From a virus: a stretch of DNA of 64,000 bases. The stretch spans positions 1 through 64,000 of IMG/VR virus record IMGVR_UViG_2890901082_000001; one strand, 5' to 3'. The translations under genes were made by a program, and so were the position numbers. The notes beneath the pieces were generated by a model. The model searched no databases. It worked only from the letters and a program-made list of their open reading frames with translations, and was not told the origin of the DNA. Shown here piece by piece: positions 9,604 through 18,406 of the stretch (position 1 is its first letter; each line of letters opens with the position of its first letter).

Positions 9604-10726
9604 GTTTAGTCCCTACATTAAATGCCCCAGGAGCATTACTTTTGTATACTCTGTAGCTAGCAGTGACTCCATATGAATTTGTATAATCAAAGTCGCCTAC
9701 TTTAGTAAAAGCTGAGAGTACCGGAGATGACCCGTCTTGAGTGACTTGAGATAAGTCTCCATAACTCGCGGGGTAGATATAATAAGTAAAATGGTCCCCT
9801 GCATCTTCAGTAGCTTGAGTACTATTGATCGTTAAGTTTTTAGAAGTTGCTAGGGATCTTGAAGTAGATATTCTATCAATCACCTCAGTAACTTCCGCAT
9901 TTGTTGGTGATGCAGGAAGTGGGTAGTTTGTACCTCCAAAAAAGCTTCTTTGACGAATGCTAATAGAGAAAGTTCTCGATAAGTTATCTCCACGATCCCC
10001 TATTGCAGTCAATGTCCACGAAATTATCCCTGGAGTTAGGCTCTGAACTTTTGAGCCAACTAATGCTGTAAGTGAACGGTCAACATCATTGATCGGCTGA
10101 CCACTAAAACCTGTACCCACTAGATTAAACGTAGTTGGTTCATTGCCTTCACTATCTACAACTGTAGTCCAAGAAGCAGACTGTACCGTAATTTCTACTC
10201 CAACCTCAAATACACTCCCCGACTCAGCGAAACTTACCTGAAGAGAAGAGAGTGACGGTTTAATGTATGGGGAAATCATTTCTCTAAGGATCGTCTCTAG
10301 TGTTGTGCCTGCAACAAAGGTTCTTCCTTGCGAAATATTTCCTACAGTAAGTGTTGCTGTAAGGTCTGCGGTAAGTTGTGCGTTTTGGATAATGTTTCCA
10401 TCTCCGTCAACGTCTTGTGTGATGTCCTTCCAATTAAGAGCATCTTTCCAATCGGTATCAAGAATGTAATCAGGAAAAACGCCCGGAGCAGTTGGATGTT
10501 CTTTTTTGTCATCCCCCTCATATCGGTATGTTGCAGCGATCACTTTACCTTCCCCATCTTGGGATGCAACCGTAACTACTTGCCCCAATCTTCTTGCGTA
10601 TTGGGGGATTAAATCACGTTCTGCAATAGACCCAACCGTAAAGGATGCCCCTGAAACACTTTTTGAATCTACAATCGGATAATTGTCATTCGAGTGTACA
10701 AGTTGATCTGGAAAACTTAAAGCCAT
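9590..10726 (-). CDS. tail fibre paralog B (378 aa)
   Basis: N-terminal domain shared with 8791..9603. C-terminal YRVYKSNAPGAFNVGTKLEF is shared with 10801..12099. Motif copy 6 nt upstream of the ATG. Confidence 0.5.
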   Translation of the reverse strand: MALSFPDQLVHSNDNYPIVDSKSVSGASFTVGSIAERDLIPQYARRLGQVVTVASQDGEGKVIAATYRYEGDDKKEHPTAPGVFPDYILDTDWKDALNWKDITQDVDGDGNIIQNAQLTADLTATLTVGNISQGRTFVAGTTLETILREMISPYIKPSLSSLQVSFAESGSVFEVGVEITVQSASWTTVVDSEGNEPTTFNLVGTGFSGQPINDVDRSLTALVGSKVQSLTPGIISWTLTAIGDRGDNLSRTFSISIRQRSFFGGTNYPLPASPTNAEVTEVIDRISTSRSLATSKNLTINSTQATEDAGDHFTYYIYPASYGDLSQVTQDGSSPVLSAFTKVGDFDYTNSYGVTASYRVYKSNAPGAFNVGTKLEFE

Positions 10727-10732
10727 TTTTAA

Positions 10733-10750
10733 AATATTTGTGTGTGTGTG
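10733..10750 (-). promoter_or_regulatory. conserved upstream motif copy (sense CACACACACACAAATATT), 6 nt before ATG 10726
   Basis: aatatttgtgtg plus a (tg)n extension, read on the + strand. Confidence 0.6.
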
Positions 10751-10800
10751 ACATGGGGGGTGTCATCTTATTACAAATTAACTTGTAAAAGTGCGGTGCA

Positions 10801-12099
10801 TCAAGTCGTTTTGATTTTCAAAGCTGATTCAGTACTAAACACGCTAGGAGCGTTGGACTTATAAACGTGAAGCGTTAAAGGTTTTCCTTTGTACTTAAAC
10901 TCTTTCATGCCTTCATACGTGAATGCCTTCAGTATATCTCCCGCGTAGTAGTTGTCTGGCTTTATTGCTCGAATGTCCGTAAGCATCGGTTCCGACTCGG
11001 AATACATAATGTAGGTAAAGCCCTCTGTGTGGGAGCTGTCAAATGATTCCAAAACCATCTCCTCCGTATTTTCTGCGATTAGTACGGAAGCATCGTCTAA
11101 AAATGTTTCGGGGTCTATTTGAACTCCCCCTTTGTAAAATACATGTGCCATAAATTTTATTTCAAAATTGATTGTATCAACTAATTTATTTTCTGAATAG
11201 GCTTTAATCGAAGAGTAGATAACTGAAGGAGTATTCCGAATAATTGTATGATCAAGACTTTCGGGACTCTGTACGTTAGAGAATAGTTCAGTACCTAACA
11301 TAGCATCTACTCTATCCGGTAGATTGTAATTTCCGTCTGCGTTTAGCTGGTATACTAACTCGTCTAAGTAAGCCTCATATGAAACGGGATATACAAACTC
11401 ATTTTGATTATCAATTGAAAAGCTTTTAATACCCATACTTCCGCCAATATTTTCTTCTATATCCGAGAAGTCATAAAAGTATCCTTCATAGTGGTATTGG
11501 TAGTCCGTGAAGTATAATTCAATTGTGGTATTGCTAGAAGTAAAAGGAAGAAAGTCTAATATGTTTTTTAATACATACTCTCTAAAGCTTTGACTGTTTG
11601 CAAATGGAGTAAGCATTGCAGCTTTAAATACCGAGTTTACACTATCATCAAGAGTGATATTAAAAAGACCATACTGACCGCTTGAAGGATCCCCAACATT
11701 CAGCGGTTTTGCTGATTCTTTATTTACTGAAGGAGTAATAAATGGATACCCCGCATACAGTTGAGACATATCAATTAAAACATCTCCGTCACTGATAGCT
11801 TTTAAGTACAGCTCAATGCCCTTCTTTGTACCTTTCAAACTCTGTATAGCAAAAAGATTGATGAAGAAATGTCTAAGTATTTCGGGATGTGTCTCTGAAG
11901 GAAGGTCTACATTTGAAGCATCTAAAATATACTTTCTCACATACTCAAAATTCTTTGTAAGAAATGGGTTTGTAATTGCCTGTATATTCGAAAGTACTTC
12001 TGCCTTCTCTAAATTCATCGCATCAAAAAGAGCGATAAATTTTGAGGTGTTTTGTATCTCAAGAATTTGTTCCGGAATGTAGTCCTTAATCTGCTTCAT
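10801..12099 (-). CDS. baseplate/tail-fibre-associated protein (position of P2 gpI-like wedge protein)
   Basis: Directly follows the J-like gene (1-nt overlap). C-terminal LHVYKSNAPSVF motif is shared with fibre paralog B. Confidence 0.35.
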   Translation of the reverse strand: MKQIKDYIPEQILEIQNTSKFIALFDAMNLEKAEVLSNIQAITNPFLTKNFEYVRKYILDASNVDLPSETHPEILRHFFINLFAIQSLKGTKKGIELYLKAISDGDVLIDMSQLYAGYPFITPSVNKESAKPLNVGDPSSGQYGLFNITLDDSVNSVFKAAMLTPFANSQSFREYVLKNILDFLPFTSSNTTIELYFTDYQYHYEGYFYDFSDIEENIGGSMGIKSFSIDNQNEFVYPVSYEAYLDELVYQLNADGNYNLPDRVDAMLGTELFSNVQSPESLDHTIIRNTPSVIYSSIKAYSENKLVDTINFEIKFMAHVFYKGGVQIDPETFLDDASVLIAENTEEMVLESFDSSHTEGFTYIMYSESEPMLTDIRAIKPDNYYAGDILKAFTYEGMKEFKYKGKPLTLHVYKSNAPSVFSTESALKIKTT

Positions 12100-13628
12100 T
12101 ATATTGAGATGGCTTTAATAGTTAAGTTACCTTTTCTAAATATTGTTTCTGTTGAAGATCTCTCAAAAGTCTCTTCATCTTCTTCAGCGTAAATGTCTGT
12201 CAGTAACTCAAACTCAGAGATTGAAAGATTACTGATAGCTTTATTATTTATGGAATCTATTGAGATATTGGTAAAGCCCCTCACTTTTGCTGCTAAGGCA
12301 TTTCGGATAGTTGTAGCATCTACTCCAACACCATATCCTCCGTCAATATATCTTGCAATAGAATCCTTAATAACAATGGATGCAGACTTACAAGCTTCTT
12401 TAATATCTACAGAAGAAATGACATATAGAGTTACAGTTAAATCTTCTAATTCAACATACTCATTTTTTGAGGTGTAGAAGTCATACCCCGCAGGAATGAA
12501 GTCCGCGATTTCCGATAGTAGATTTTCTCTATCCTCTTCTGTAGCTTCTTCTGTGCTGGTCAGCAGTATTCTTACCGTTACAGTATTCAATACAATCTGT
12601 GCATTTGACTTTAAGATTTCGGGAATAGAGTTTACTAATATCTCACACGATTTTTTATTAGTTATTCCATTTCGAACACTAACACCAACAGCACAATTTT
12701 TTTTGAGGTCTGCTAGAGTTTCTTCTTCTGTCTGTTTAGTTGACGAGACTACTTGAATAAGGCTTAAATCTCTTTCTGAAGAAGGATTTGAAACTACAGA
12801 TACATTTGAAGTCGGATCAACATAAGATACTCTATCGGGAGCCGTGAGGTAGTCTACTTTAACCAAGGAACCAATGTTAGGTCTTTGACCAAAAATGTTA
12901 TCTCCAAAGTGTAGGTTATAGCTAGCTTCTGAACGAGGAAATGCAGTAAACACCTTTGAAGAAGCTTCGCCAAAAAAGTCTTCTAGAAAAGTCCAATTTT
13001 CCCCCTCGATCTCTACTGAGATTGTTTTATAATCAATATCCGTATCGGGCAAGAAAATTTCTTTTCCAAGGTATTCTGCAGAATACGTGTTGAACTCCCC
13101 TACTGAGAAAAACGCATTCATAGTTCTTGATACATTAGACTCGACTAGTTTTATTGGGTCCCGATTTACTGCAATCAACCCTAGATCATCTAGTGAAAGT
13201 CGCAGCTCTCCTTTTGGTATCAGGTATTCTTCGCCAGCACTAACCGTCATTGAGATATTTAAAATTACAGGAGAGTACCTTTTCGGTGTATGTCCGTAAT
13301 ATATCGATCTAATGAATGCTGTTGTATAGTCATTAGTATTATAGACTAAACTATTCGAAGCAAAATTATTTAGATACCAAAAATCCTTCTCACTGAATTG
13401 AGCAAAAATTTCGACAAGAAACTGACCAAAGTCAGAAGCACTCCTATCCGTCCACTCTGGAAAATGAGTATCTGCATATTCATGTGCTTTCTCTACTAAC
13501 TGTTTTGAAGTGACCGAAGTTAAATTGGCAAGAGAAGGTTTTAAACTTAAAGTAGAGTAATCATATATTTGTTTGATTACCTCATAGTCAAGTTTTGATA
13601 TTCTTGATATAAGTTCATTTTTAGTCAT
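12099..13628 (-). CDS. baseplate J-like wedge protein (509 aa)
   Basis: Size and position within the baseplate gene order. No search run. Confidence 0.45.
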   Translation of the reverse strand: MTKNELISRISKLDYEVIKQIYDYSTLSLKPSLANLTSVTSKQLVEKAHEYADTHFPEWTDRSASDFGQFLVEIFAQFSEKDFWYLNNFASNSLVYNTNDYTTAFIRSIYYGHTPKRYSPVILNISMTVSAGEEYLIPKGELRLSLDDLGLIAVNRDPIKLVESNVSRTMNAFFSVGEFNTYSAEYLGKEIFLPDTDIDYKTISVEIEGENWTFLEDFFGEASSKVFTAFPRSEASYNLHFGDNIFGQRPNIGSLVKVDYLTAPDRVSYVDPTSNVSVVSNPSSERDLSLIQVVSSTKQTEEETLADLKKNCAVGVSVRNGITNKKSCEILVNSIPEILKSNAQIVLNTVTVRILLTSTEEATEEDRENLLSEIADFIPAGYDFYTSKNEYVELEDLTVTLYVISSVDIKEACKSASIVIKDSIARYIDGGYGVGVDATTIRNALAAKVRGFTNISIDSINNKAISNLSISEFELLTDIYAEEDEETFERSSTETIFRKGNLTIKAISI

Positions 13629-13629
13629 C

Positions 13630-13899
13630 CTACAGAGCTATTAAAAGTAAGTAATAAAGTGAAAGAGGAATTAATATGGATGCTCCTCCGATAGCAGTAG
13701 CAAGCAAGTCATACCAATCAAACACACCATAGTCAGCTTCGTTATACAGCTCCCTAAACAGGCCAGCAATAGCACTAACAGCAATCGCAAGGCAGTAGCT
13801 TGAAATTCCTTCAAAAATAAATGTCTTACTTGCTACGTATGTAATCAAAGCAATCGTAAATCCTGCAAGCAAGTGTAGTTGTTTATCTCTTTTTATCAT
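13630..13899 (-). CDS. small integral membrane protein (89 aa, about 3 TM)
   Basis: Hydrophobic segments LLAGFTIALITYV, YCLAIAVSAIAGLF and AIGGASILIPLSLYYLLLIAL. Embedded in the baseplate operon. Confidence 0.45.
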   Translation of the reverse strand: MIKRDKQLHLLAGFTIALITYVASKTFIFEGISSYCLAIAVSAIAGLFRELYNEADYGVFDWYDLLATAIGGASILIPLSLYYLLLIAL

Positions 13900-14264
13900 G
13901 ATATTGCTATAAATCCTTTTGTATTGCTTGAGTTATCCAACTCGGCTTTTTTGTATTTATATTGGAACACTGCACCATGTTCATTGAGGGATTCTTTGAT
14001 GATTTTTACCTCTTCAAGTACTGCTCCCGTATGTTTGCTAATAATCTTTTGTAATTGATTTGCATACATTCCTGCTAAGGATTCACGGTTGGGATTTTGG
14101 AGAACTTCAGAAAGGTTTGGGACGACTTCATTAAAGTAAACTCTAACCTGGTCTGAAGAATGAAAAATAAATTTCACTCCGTCATCAATCTTACTTTTAC
14201 CTTCTAGTAGATTAATCTTACCTCCCTTGATCTCGCAGTTGAAAGACATTCCTTTTCGTATCAT
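13896..14264 (-). CDS. putative baseplate wedge protein (gp25/gpW position)
   Basis: Positional only. 4-nt overlaps on both sides. Confidence 0.3.
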   Translation of the reverse strand: MIRKGMSFNCEIKGGKINLLEGKSKIDDGVKFIFHSSDQVRVYFNEVVPNLSEVLQNPNRESLAGMYANQLQKIISKHTGAVLEEVKIIKESLNEHGAVFQYKYKKAELDNSSNTKGFIAIS

Positions 14265-14863
14265 AGAACATTGATTAGTTTATGTGTTTGAAGTGATACT
14301 TTCCATTTCGGATTTTTTAATGCTAAATCCATACAATGATTTATTGCTTCGGGGTCGGGGTAATTGCCCCTAAAATGAGGAGATAAAAAGTATAGGTTTG
14401 AATCAATCGAGGGGTTAGGTAGTGAGGAGTTTTTATGTAGGACATATCGTACTTCATCTACTCTAGTATCTCCTATTTTTTTAGCCAATACGTGTTCTGC
14501 GATTTTTGGACTTACGGCAACATAATCAATGCCTAAAGGAATAGGATGAATGCCGGAGGTTTCGATGCAGATAAAGTATCCATTTTCTTTAAGTATATGA
14601 ATTAACTCATCATCTAACTGATCCAAAGGCTCTCCTCCTGTCAACACTAACTCTTTGCAGTTTATTTCTGACAGAATATTTAAGATCTCTTCAGCAGTAC
14701 GTTCTACGCTGCTTTCAAAATTTGTATCACATTCTACTCCCATTTTCGCACATGCGAACTTTGTTAAGCATCCCGAAAATCTGATGAAGATTGAAGGGTG
14801 TCCCGTTCTTGCTCCTTCACCTTGTACCGAGTAAAATATTTCGCTAATTAGATATTTTTTCAT
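14261..14863 (-). CDS. queE: 7-carboxy-7-deazaguanine synthase (radical SAM QueE-like)
   Basis: N-terminus ISEIFYSVQGEGARTGHPSIFIRFSGC matches the QueE signature. Also LVLTGGEPL and IETSG. The Cys spacing (C-x5-C-x6-C-D-T) is atypical. Confidence 0.75.
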   Translation of the reverse strand: MKKYLISEIFYSVQGEGARTGHPSIFIRFSGCLTKFACAKMGVECDTNFESSVERTAEEILNILSEINCKELVLTGGEPLDQLDDELIHILKENGYFICIETSGIHPIPLGIDYVAVSPKIAEHVLAKKIGDTRVDEVRYVLHKNSSLPNPSIDSNLYFLSPHFRGNYPDPEAINHCMDLALKNPKWKVSLQTHKLINVL

Positions 14864-14876
14864 GACTCTTATTTTT

Positions 14877-15122
14877 TTATTCTAGTTTTCCAATGCCGAT
14901 TTCTGTGGTTGTCCCTGATTGTGCAGCTGCACTTCCCGTTGTAGCAACCGGTATTCCTTTATTGACTTTTACTGTTGCAGACTTTACGTATGTCTCGATG
15001 GCATTGGCTAGTGAAGAAGAGAACTTTTCTAAAGCATCCCCTTGCGAGTTACCGTCATCCATTTTTGACAATTCTGTCAGCAAACTTTTGATGTTAGTGG
15101 TGAGCGTTGATTTATCTAGCAT
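14877..15122 (-). CDS. hypothetical small protein (81 aa)
   Basis: ORF track. 1-nt overlap with the upstream spike gene. Confidence 0.4.
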   Translation of the reverse strand: MLDKSTLTTNIKSLLTELSKMDDGNSQGDALEKFSSSLANAIETYVKSATVKVNKGIPVATTGSAAAQSGTTTEIGIGKLE

Positions 15123-15799
15123 TATTTTAGGAGTTTAGAGATGTTTACTTTTGCTTTTTCTATCGCTGTAATTGTTGTTGGTATTGGTGTTCCACTTACT
15201 CCTACAGGAGTGGTAACTTGTATCTTTGATATAATGCTGAGTACATCATCAAGCAAGGATTTTACAGAAACACTTCCCTCCGTAATACTAATCTTATCCG
15301 AGATAGAAACCTCCCTTGAATCCACACTAGCAGTTACCGTATCTTTCGTAAGTGATACTTTGGTTTTATCTCCCTTTCTAAGTTCGATACTCGATGGATC
15401 AATACCGATGCTGAATGTTTCTTCGACATCTTTGATCTCGATTTTTTTGTTTTCATCATCGATAGTTATGTTATAGTTACTTGTAAAAATGCTATTGGTC
15501 CCAGTAGTATTTTTGTTGTATAATGTTGAGTTATTTTTCGGGGTGCATCCAACAATTACAGGGGCGTTTGGATCTCCATCGACAAAGGATACATAGAAAA
15601 AAACTTCATTACCTATAGTGTCTAACCATTTCTGCGTTGGAGTAAAAAAGTGCGGAAATGAATAGGACATTCGAGCGTACACAACAATACCGCTTTCAAG
15701 TCGAAGCAGTAATTTTATACCCTCGCTTGATTCGAGTTGTTTACCTAAGAAGGTAGCTCGCAATACTCCGATCTGTTCATCTCCATGAAGCTCTCGCAT
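15122..15799 (-). CDS. baseplate central spike protein (gpV/gp5 OB-fold-like)
   Basis: FFYVSFVDGDPNAPVIVGC resembles the gpV/VgrG G-D-x-x-x-P-v-i-l-G motif. The C-terminal repetitive beta region suggests a spike. Confidence 0.55.
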   Translation of the reverse strand: MRELHGDEQIGVLRATFLGKQLESSEGIKLLLRLESGIVVYARMSYSFPHFFTPTQKWLDTIGNEVFFYVSFVDGDPNAPVIVGCTPKNNSTLYNKNTTGTNSIFTSNYNITIDDENKKIEIKDVEETFSIGIDPSSIELRKGDKTKVSLTKDTVTASVDSREVSISDKISITEGSVSVKSLLDDVLSIISKIQVTTPVGVSGTPIPTTITAIEKAKVNISKLLK

Positions 15800-17046
15800 T
15801 ATCTTCTGAATTTTAATGTTGTAGTAAAACCTTCTTTATCGCAATTGTGTAGTACAGATACTAACAAAAAACGAGCATCCGTTGTGGTGTATCTTTGTGA
15901 TGTTGAATCGTATTGAAGAATGCCTTTTACATTGTAGTACTTACCTCGCACTGGCCTAAAGTCTCCATCACATGTCGCCTCCACTTCAATACCGAAATAT
16001 GGCTTTATCTTAAATCTTGCTCTTGTATCATAAGACCTCGCTCTTTTAAAAAACTTTGTCTGCTCTTCTTTAGTAAGGCCTCCTTCGGTATTTAATTTTC
16101 TTTCAACTTTTTTCTGCTCTTCATCAGAAAGACTTTTGTAATAGTCATTCAACTCATAGGTATAGTATTCGTTGATGTCTTTACCATTTTCGTCTTTTCT
16201 ACTATATGTCCATGTAGTTAGCTCTTTCAGTTCTCCTTCATCAAAGTATGTAACCTTATTATTTCTAACTTTTGAAGCATCGGCAACATCATGTGATACA
16301 GAAACATTTCTGATCTGAATCTGATTTGTTGCTGAAGGCTCTATAGGTTCGAAGCTATCTAAACTCTCCCCCTCTCTAAGCATTACTCTGAAGAAAACTA
16401 AGTCACCACTTTCTTGCTTTGTACTTGCAACAACTCTTAAAAAGCTATCTCCATCTTCATTTTTTTCAATGTATAAATGGCAACCTAAATAGCTTACCAA
16501 CTTATTAAGTAGTGCTTGGTCGGTAAGGTCTTTTTGAATTAAAGGAGCATCTAATGAAAATTCTAAATCACCAAGAAGCTTTAAGTCTGAGCTGTTTGTT
16601 TTAAGCCCCATACCTTCTGCGATATTTTTTAGTATTTCAGAGGCTTTTATTTTTTCTTTCTTAGCCCAAGTTCTTAGTGTATCTGATTCTTCTGCTGAAG
16701 GGTACGCTTCATAATGTACCTCTTGAGAGAAACCCTTTCCAACACATGTGACATTAGCCTTAGCTGTACCCGAATCACTTAACTCAAGATCTACAGCTCT
16801 GATCGTCCCCTTAAAAGCTTTTTTTCTGTACTGGGTCGTATCATTATTAGTGTATCCCCTTAACGTACCCAGCGAGAGTTCCACAGGCGCCATAGTCCTT
16901 AAACTTGCAATCGCAAACTCTCCTGTGACAGAAAAACTAGCGTGAACTAACAGATCTGCTTTGTAGTCGATATGTATTGATTTTACCGAATCGGAAAGAT
17001 CTCTACCGTCTACAAATACCTTCCAATATGAATTAGAAAAACTCAT
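15799..17046 (-). CDS. baseplate hub / gpD-like protein (415 aa)
   Basis: Position between tail protein X and the spike. Size. Confidence 0.4.
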   Translation of the reverse strand: MSFSNSYWKVFVDGRDLSDSVKSIHIDYKADLLVHASFSVTGEFAIASLRTMAPVELSLGTLRGYTNNDTTQYRKKAFKGTIRAVDLELSDSGTAKANVTCVGKGFSQEVHYEAYPSAEESDTLRTWAKKEKIKASEILKNIAEGMGLKTNSSDLKLLGDLEFSLDAPLIQKDLTDQALLNKLVSYLGCHLYIEKNEDGDSFLRVVASTKQESGDLVFFRVMLREGESLDSFEPIEPSATNQIQIRNVSVSHDVADASKVRNNKVTYFDEGELKELTTWTYSRKDENGKDINEYYTYELNDYYKSLSDEEQKKVERKLNTEGGLTKEEQTKFFKRARSYDTRARFKIKPYFGIEVEATCDGDFRPVRGKYYNVKGILQYDSTSQRYTTTDARFLLVSVLHNCDKEGFTTTLKFRR

Positions 17047-17250
17047 TTATTGCTTTTTTCTTTGCTCTGCAAATGTTGAAAGACTAGAAAGCTTTCTTCT
17101 AATATTTCTCTTTCGAGTATCACAATACAGGATGCATTTTTCTACCCCCGTTGGAGACGAAAATATGCTTACTATCGTGCCTCTTTTATATTTACCCTTG
17201 GATGCGTAAAGAACTTTTTCTCCTACGCCAAATGTTTTTAATCTACTCAT
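17047..17250 (-). CDS. hypothetical small basic protein (67 aa)
   Basis: ORF track. Abuts the flanking genes. Confidence 0.35.
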   Translation of the reverse strand: MSRLKTFGVGEKVLYASKGKYKRGTIVSIFSSPTGVEKCILYCDTRKRNIRRKLSSLSTFAEQRKKQ

Positions 17251-17513
17251 GTTAGTACAACTAGTTTTGGTATGTAAATTTTATCTCCCGCACTATAGTC
17301 ATCAGGAAGTCTTGAATCATTACACTCTGCGATGATGTTCCATAAGGATTCATCGCTGTATTTAGTTCGAGCAACATCATATAAAGTTTCTCCATGAGAC
17401 ATTATATACTCCTCACTCTCCAACGCTTTCGCGTTTGGTTTTAGGGGAAAAATTGGAGTGTTGTTTAAATACACTCTAGAATCGTTTATGCTGTAGAAAT
17501 CTTCACTAATCAT
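17247..17513 (-). CDS. LysM-domain tail protein X-like
   Basis: GETLYDVARTKYSDESLWNIIAECND...GDKIYIPK fits the LysM / P2 gpX pattern. Confidence 0.65.
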   Translation of the reverse strand: MISEDFYSINDSRVYLNNTPIFPLKPNAKALESEEYIMSHGETLYDVARTKYSDESLWNIIAECNDSRLPDDYSAGDKIYIPKLVVLT

Positions 17514-18406
17514 TAAGCTTGATTATTATTTTGTATTGAATCATTTCCTGCGTACAGATCATTTGCTGATGTGCCTAGTGAACCTCTAGAAATTGAAATA
17601 GCAGCTATTGAAGTTTTAGCTAAAGAGTCTGGTTCTTTTGCCTCATCGACTCGGATTGTGACTGAAATTTTCGCTCTAACGGGGTATAGATTTTCATCTC
17701 TGAGTAAAACGTCTATGTCTAAGTCACTTATGACTCCTTCAACATGTATAGAATCCCCGTAGGAAAAAACAATACGTGGAGGAGGTGAGAATTTTCTAAA
17801 GGTGTAGAAGTCTCTTCCTTGGATTCCTGCAAAGGTTGGTCTTCCTCCTTCTTCCTGTATATCGGGTCTGATCAAAGAGTTGAAGAAATCTATATCGTCT
17901 TGCACACGCTGTACTGAAGATTCAGCAACAGGGGAATTAACGTTGGATCTAGCGTATGCTTTAGGCGAACTGCCTGAAGGTTTAATACTTAAATACCTTT
18001 CTGTTTCATCAACAAATAGAGTAAACGTTATCCTCCTCGATCCGCCATTTGTCCATGCGTATTTTAAATAGTTTCGCAAGGGGGATTCTCTATCTGTATA
18101 GGTCACTTCTTTCTTATCTTTCAAGTCTTCGGGGTTGAATTGAAAGACGTAATAAGAATTCAGATCTTTAGCTAAAGCAATAACTCCTCTAGGAACAAGT
18201 TTTAGCGTGTTGGTCCTAAGAGTGAAAGTATTTCTGCTTCCATCTTCGCCTTCAATGAAGTAAGGAGAGTTATTAGAAAAACCTGCTTGGTTTGATGCAA
18301 TTGGATTGGGTGCAGTTCTGAAAAGCCTTTCCATCCACAGAAGATTATGATCTGCGGAACCGCCACCCGAAATATTACTTAATTTTGAAATGAGACTATC
18401 CGCCAT
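17513..18406 (-). CDS. tail/baseplate-associated protein (297 aa)
   Basis: Immediately downstream of the tape measure gene (11-nt overlap). No motif recognised. Confidence 0.4.
   Translation of the reverse strand: MADSLISKLSNISGGGSADHNLLWMERLFRTAPNPIASNQAGFSNNSPYFIEGEDGSRNTFTLRTNTLKLVPRGVIALAKDLNSYYVFQFNPEDLKDKKEVTYTDRESPLRNYLKYAWTNGGSRRITFTLFVDETERYLSIKPSGSSPKAYARSNVNSPVAESSVQRVQDDIDFFNSLIRPDIQEEGGRPTFAGIQGRDFYTFRKFSPPPRIVFSYGDSIHVEGVISDLDIDVLLRDENLYPVRAKISVTIRVDEAKEPDSLAKTSIAAISISRGSLGTSANDLYAGNDSIQNNNQA

Noticed and set aside
10741-10750. (TG)5-6 dinucleotide run as a possible phase-variable microsatellite upstream of the fibre gene
   Set aside because: It is short and is an extension of the common GTGTG end of the conserved motif. 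There is no evidence of length variation from a single sequence.
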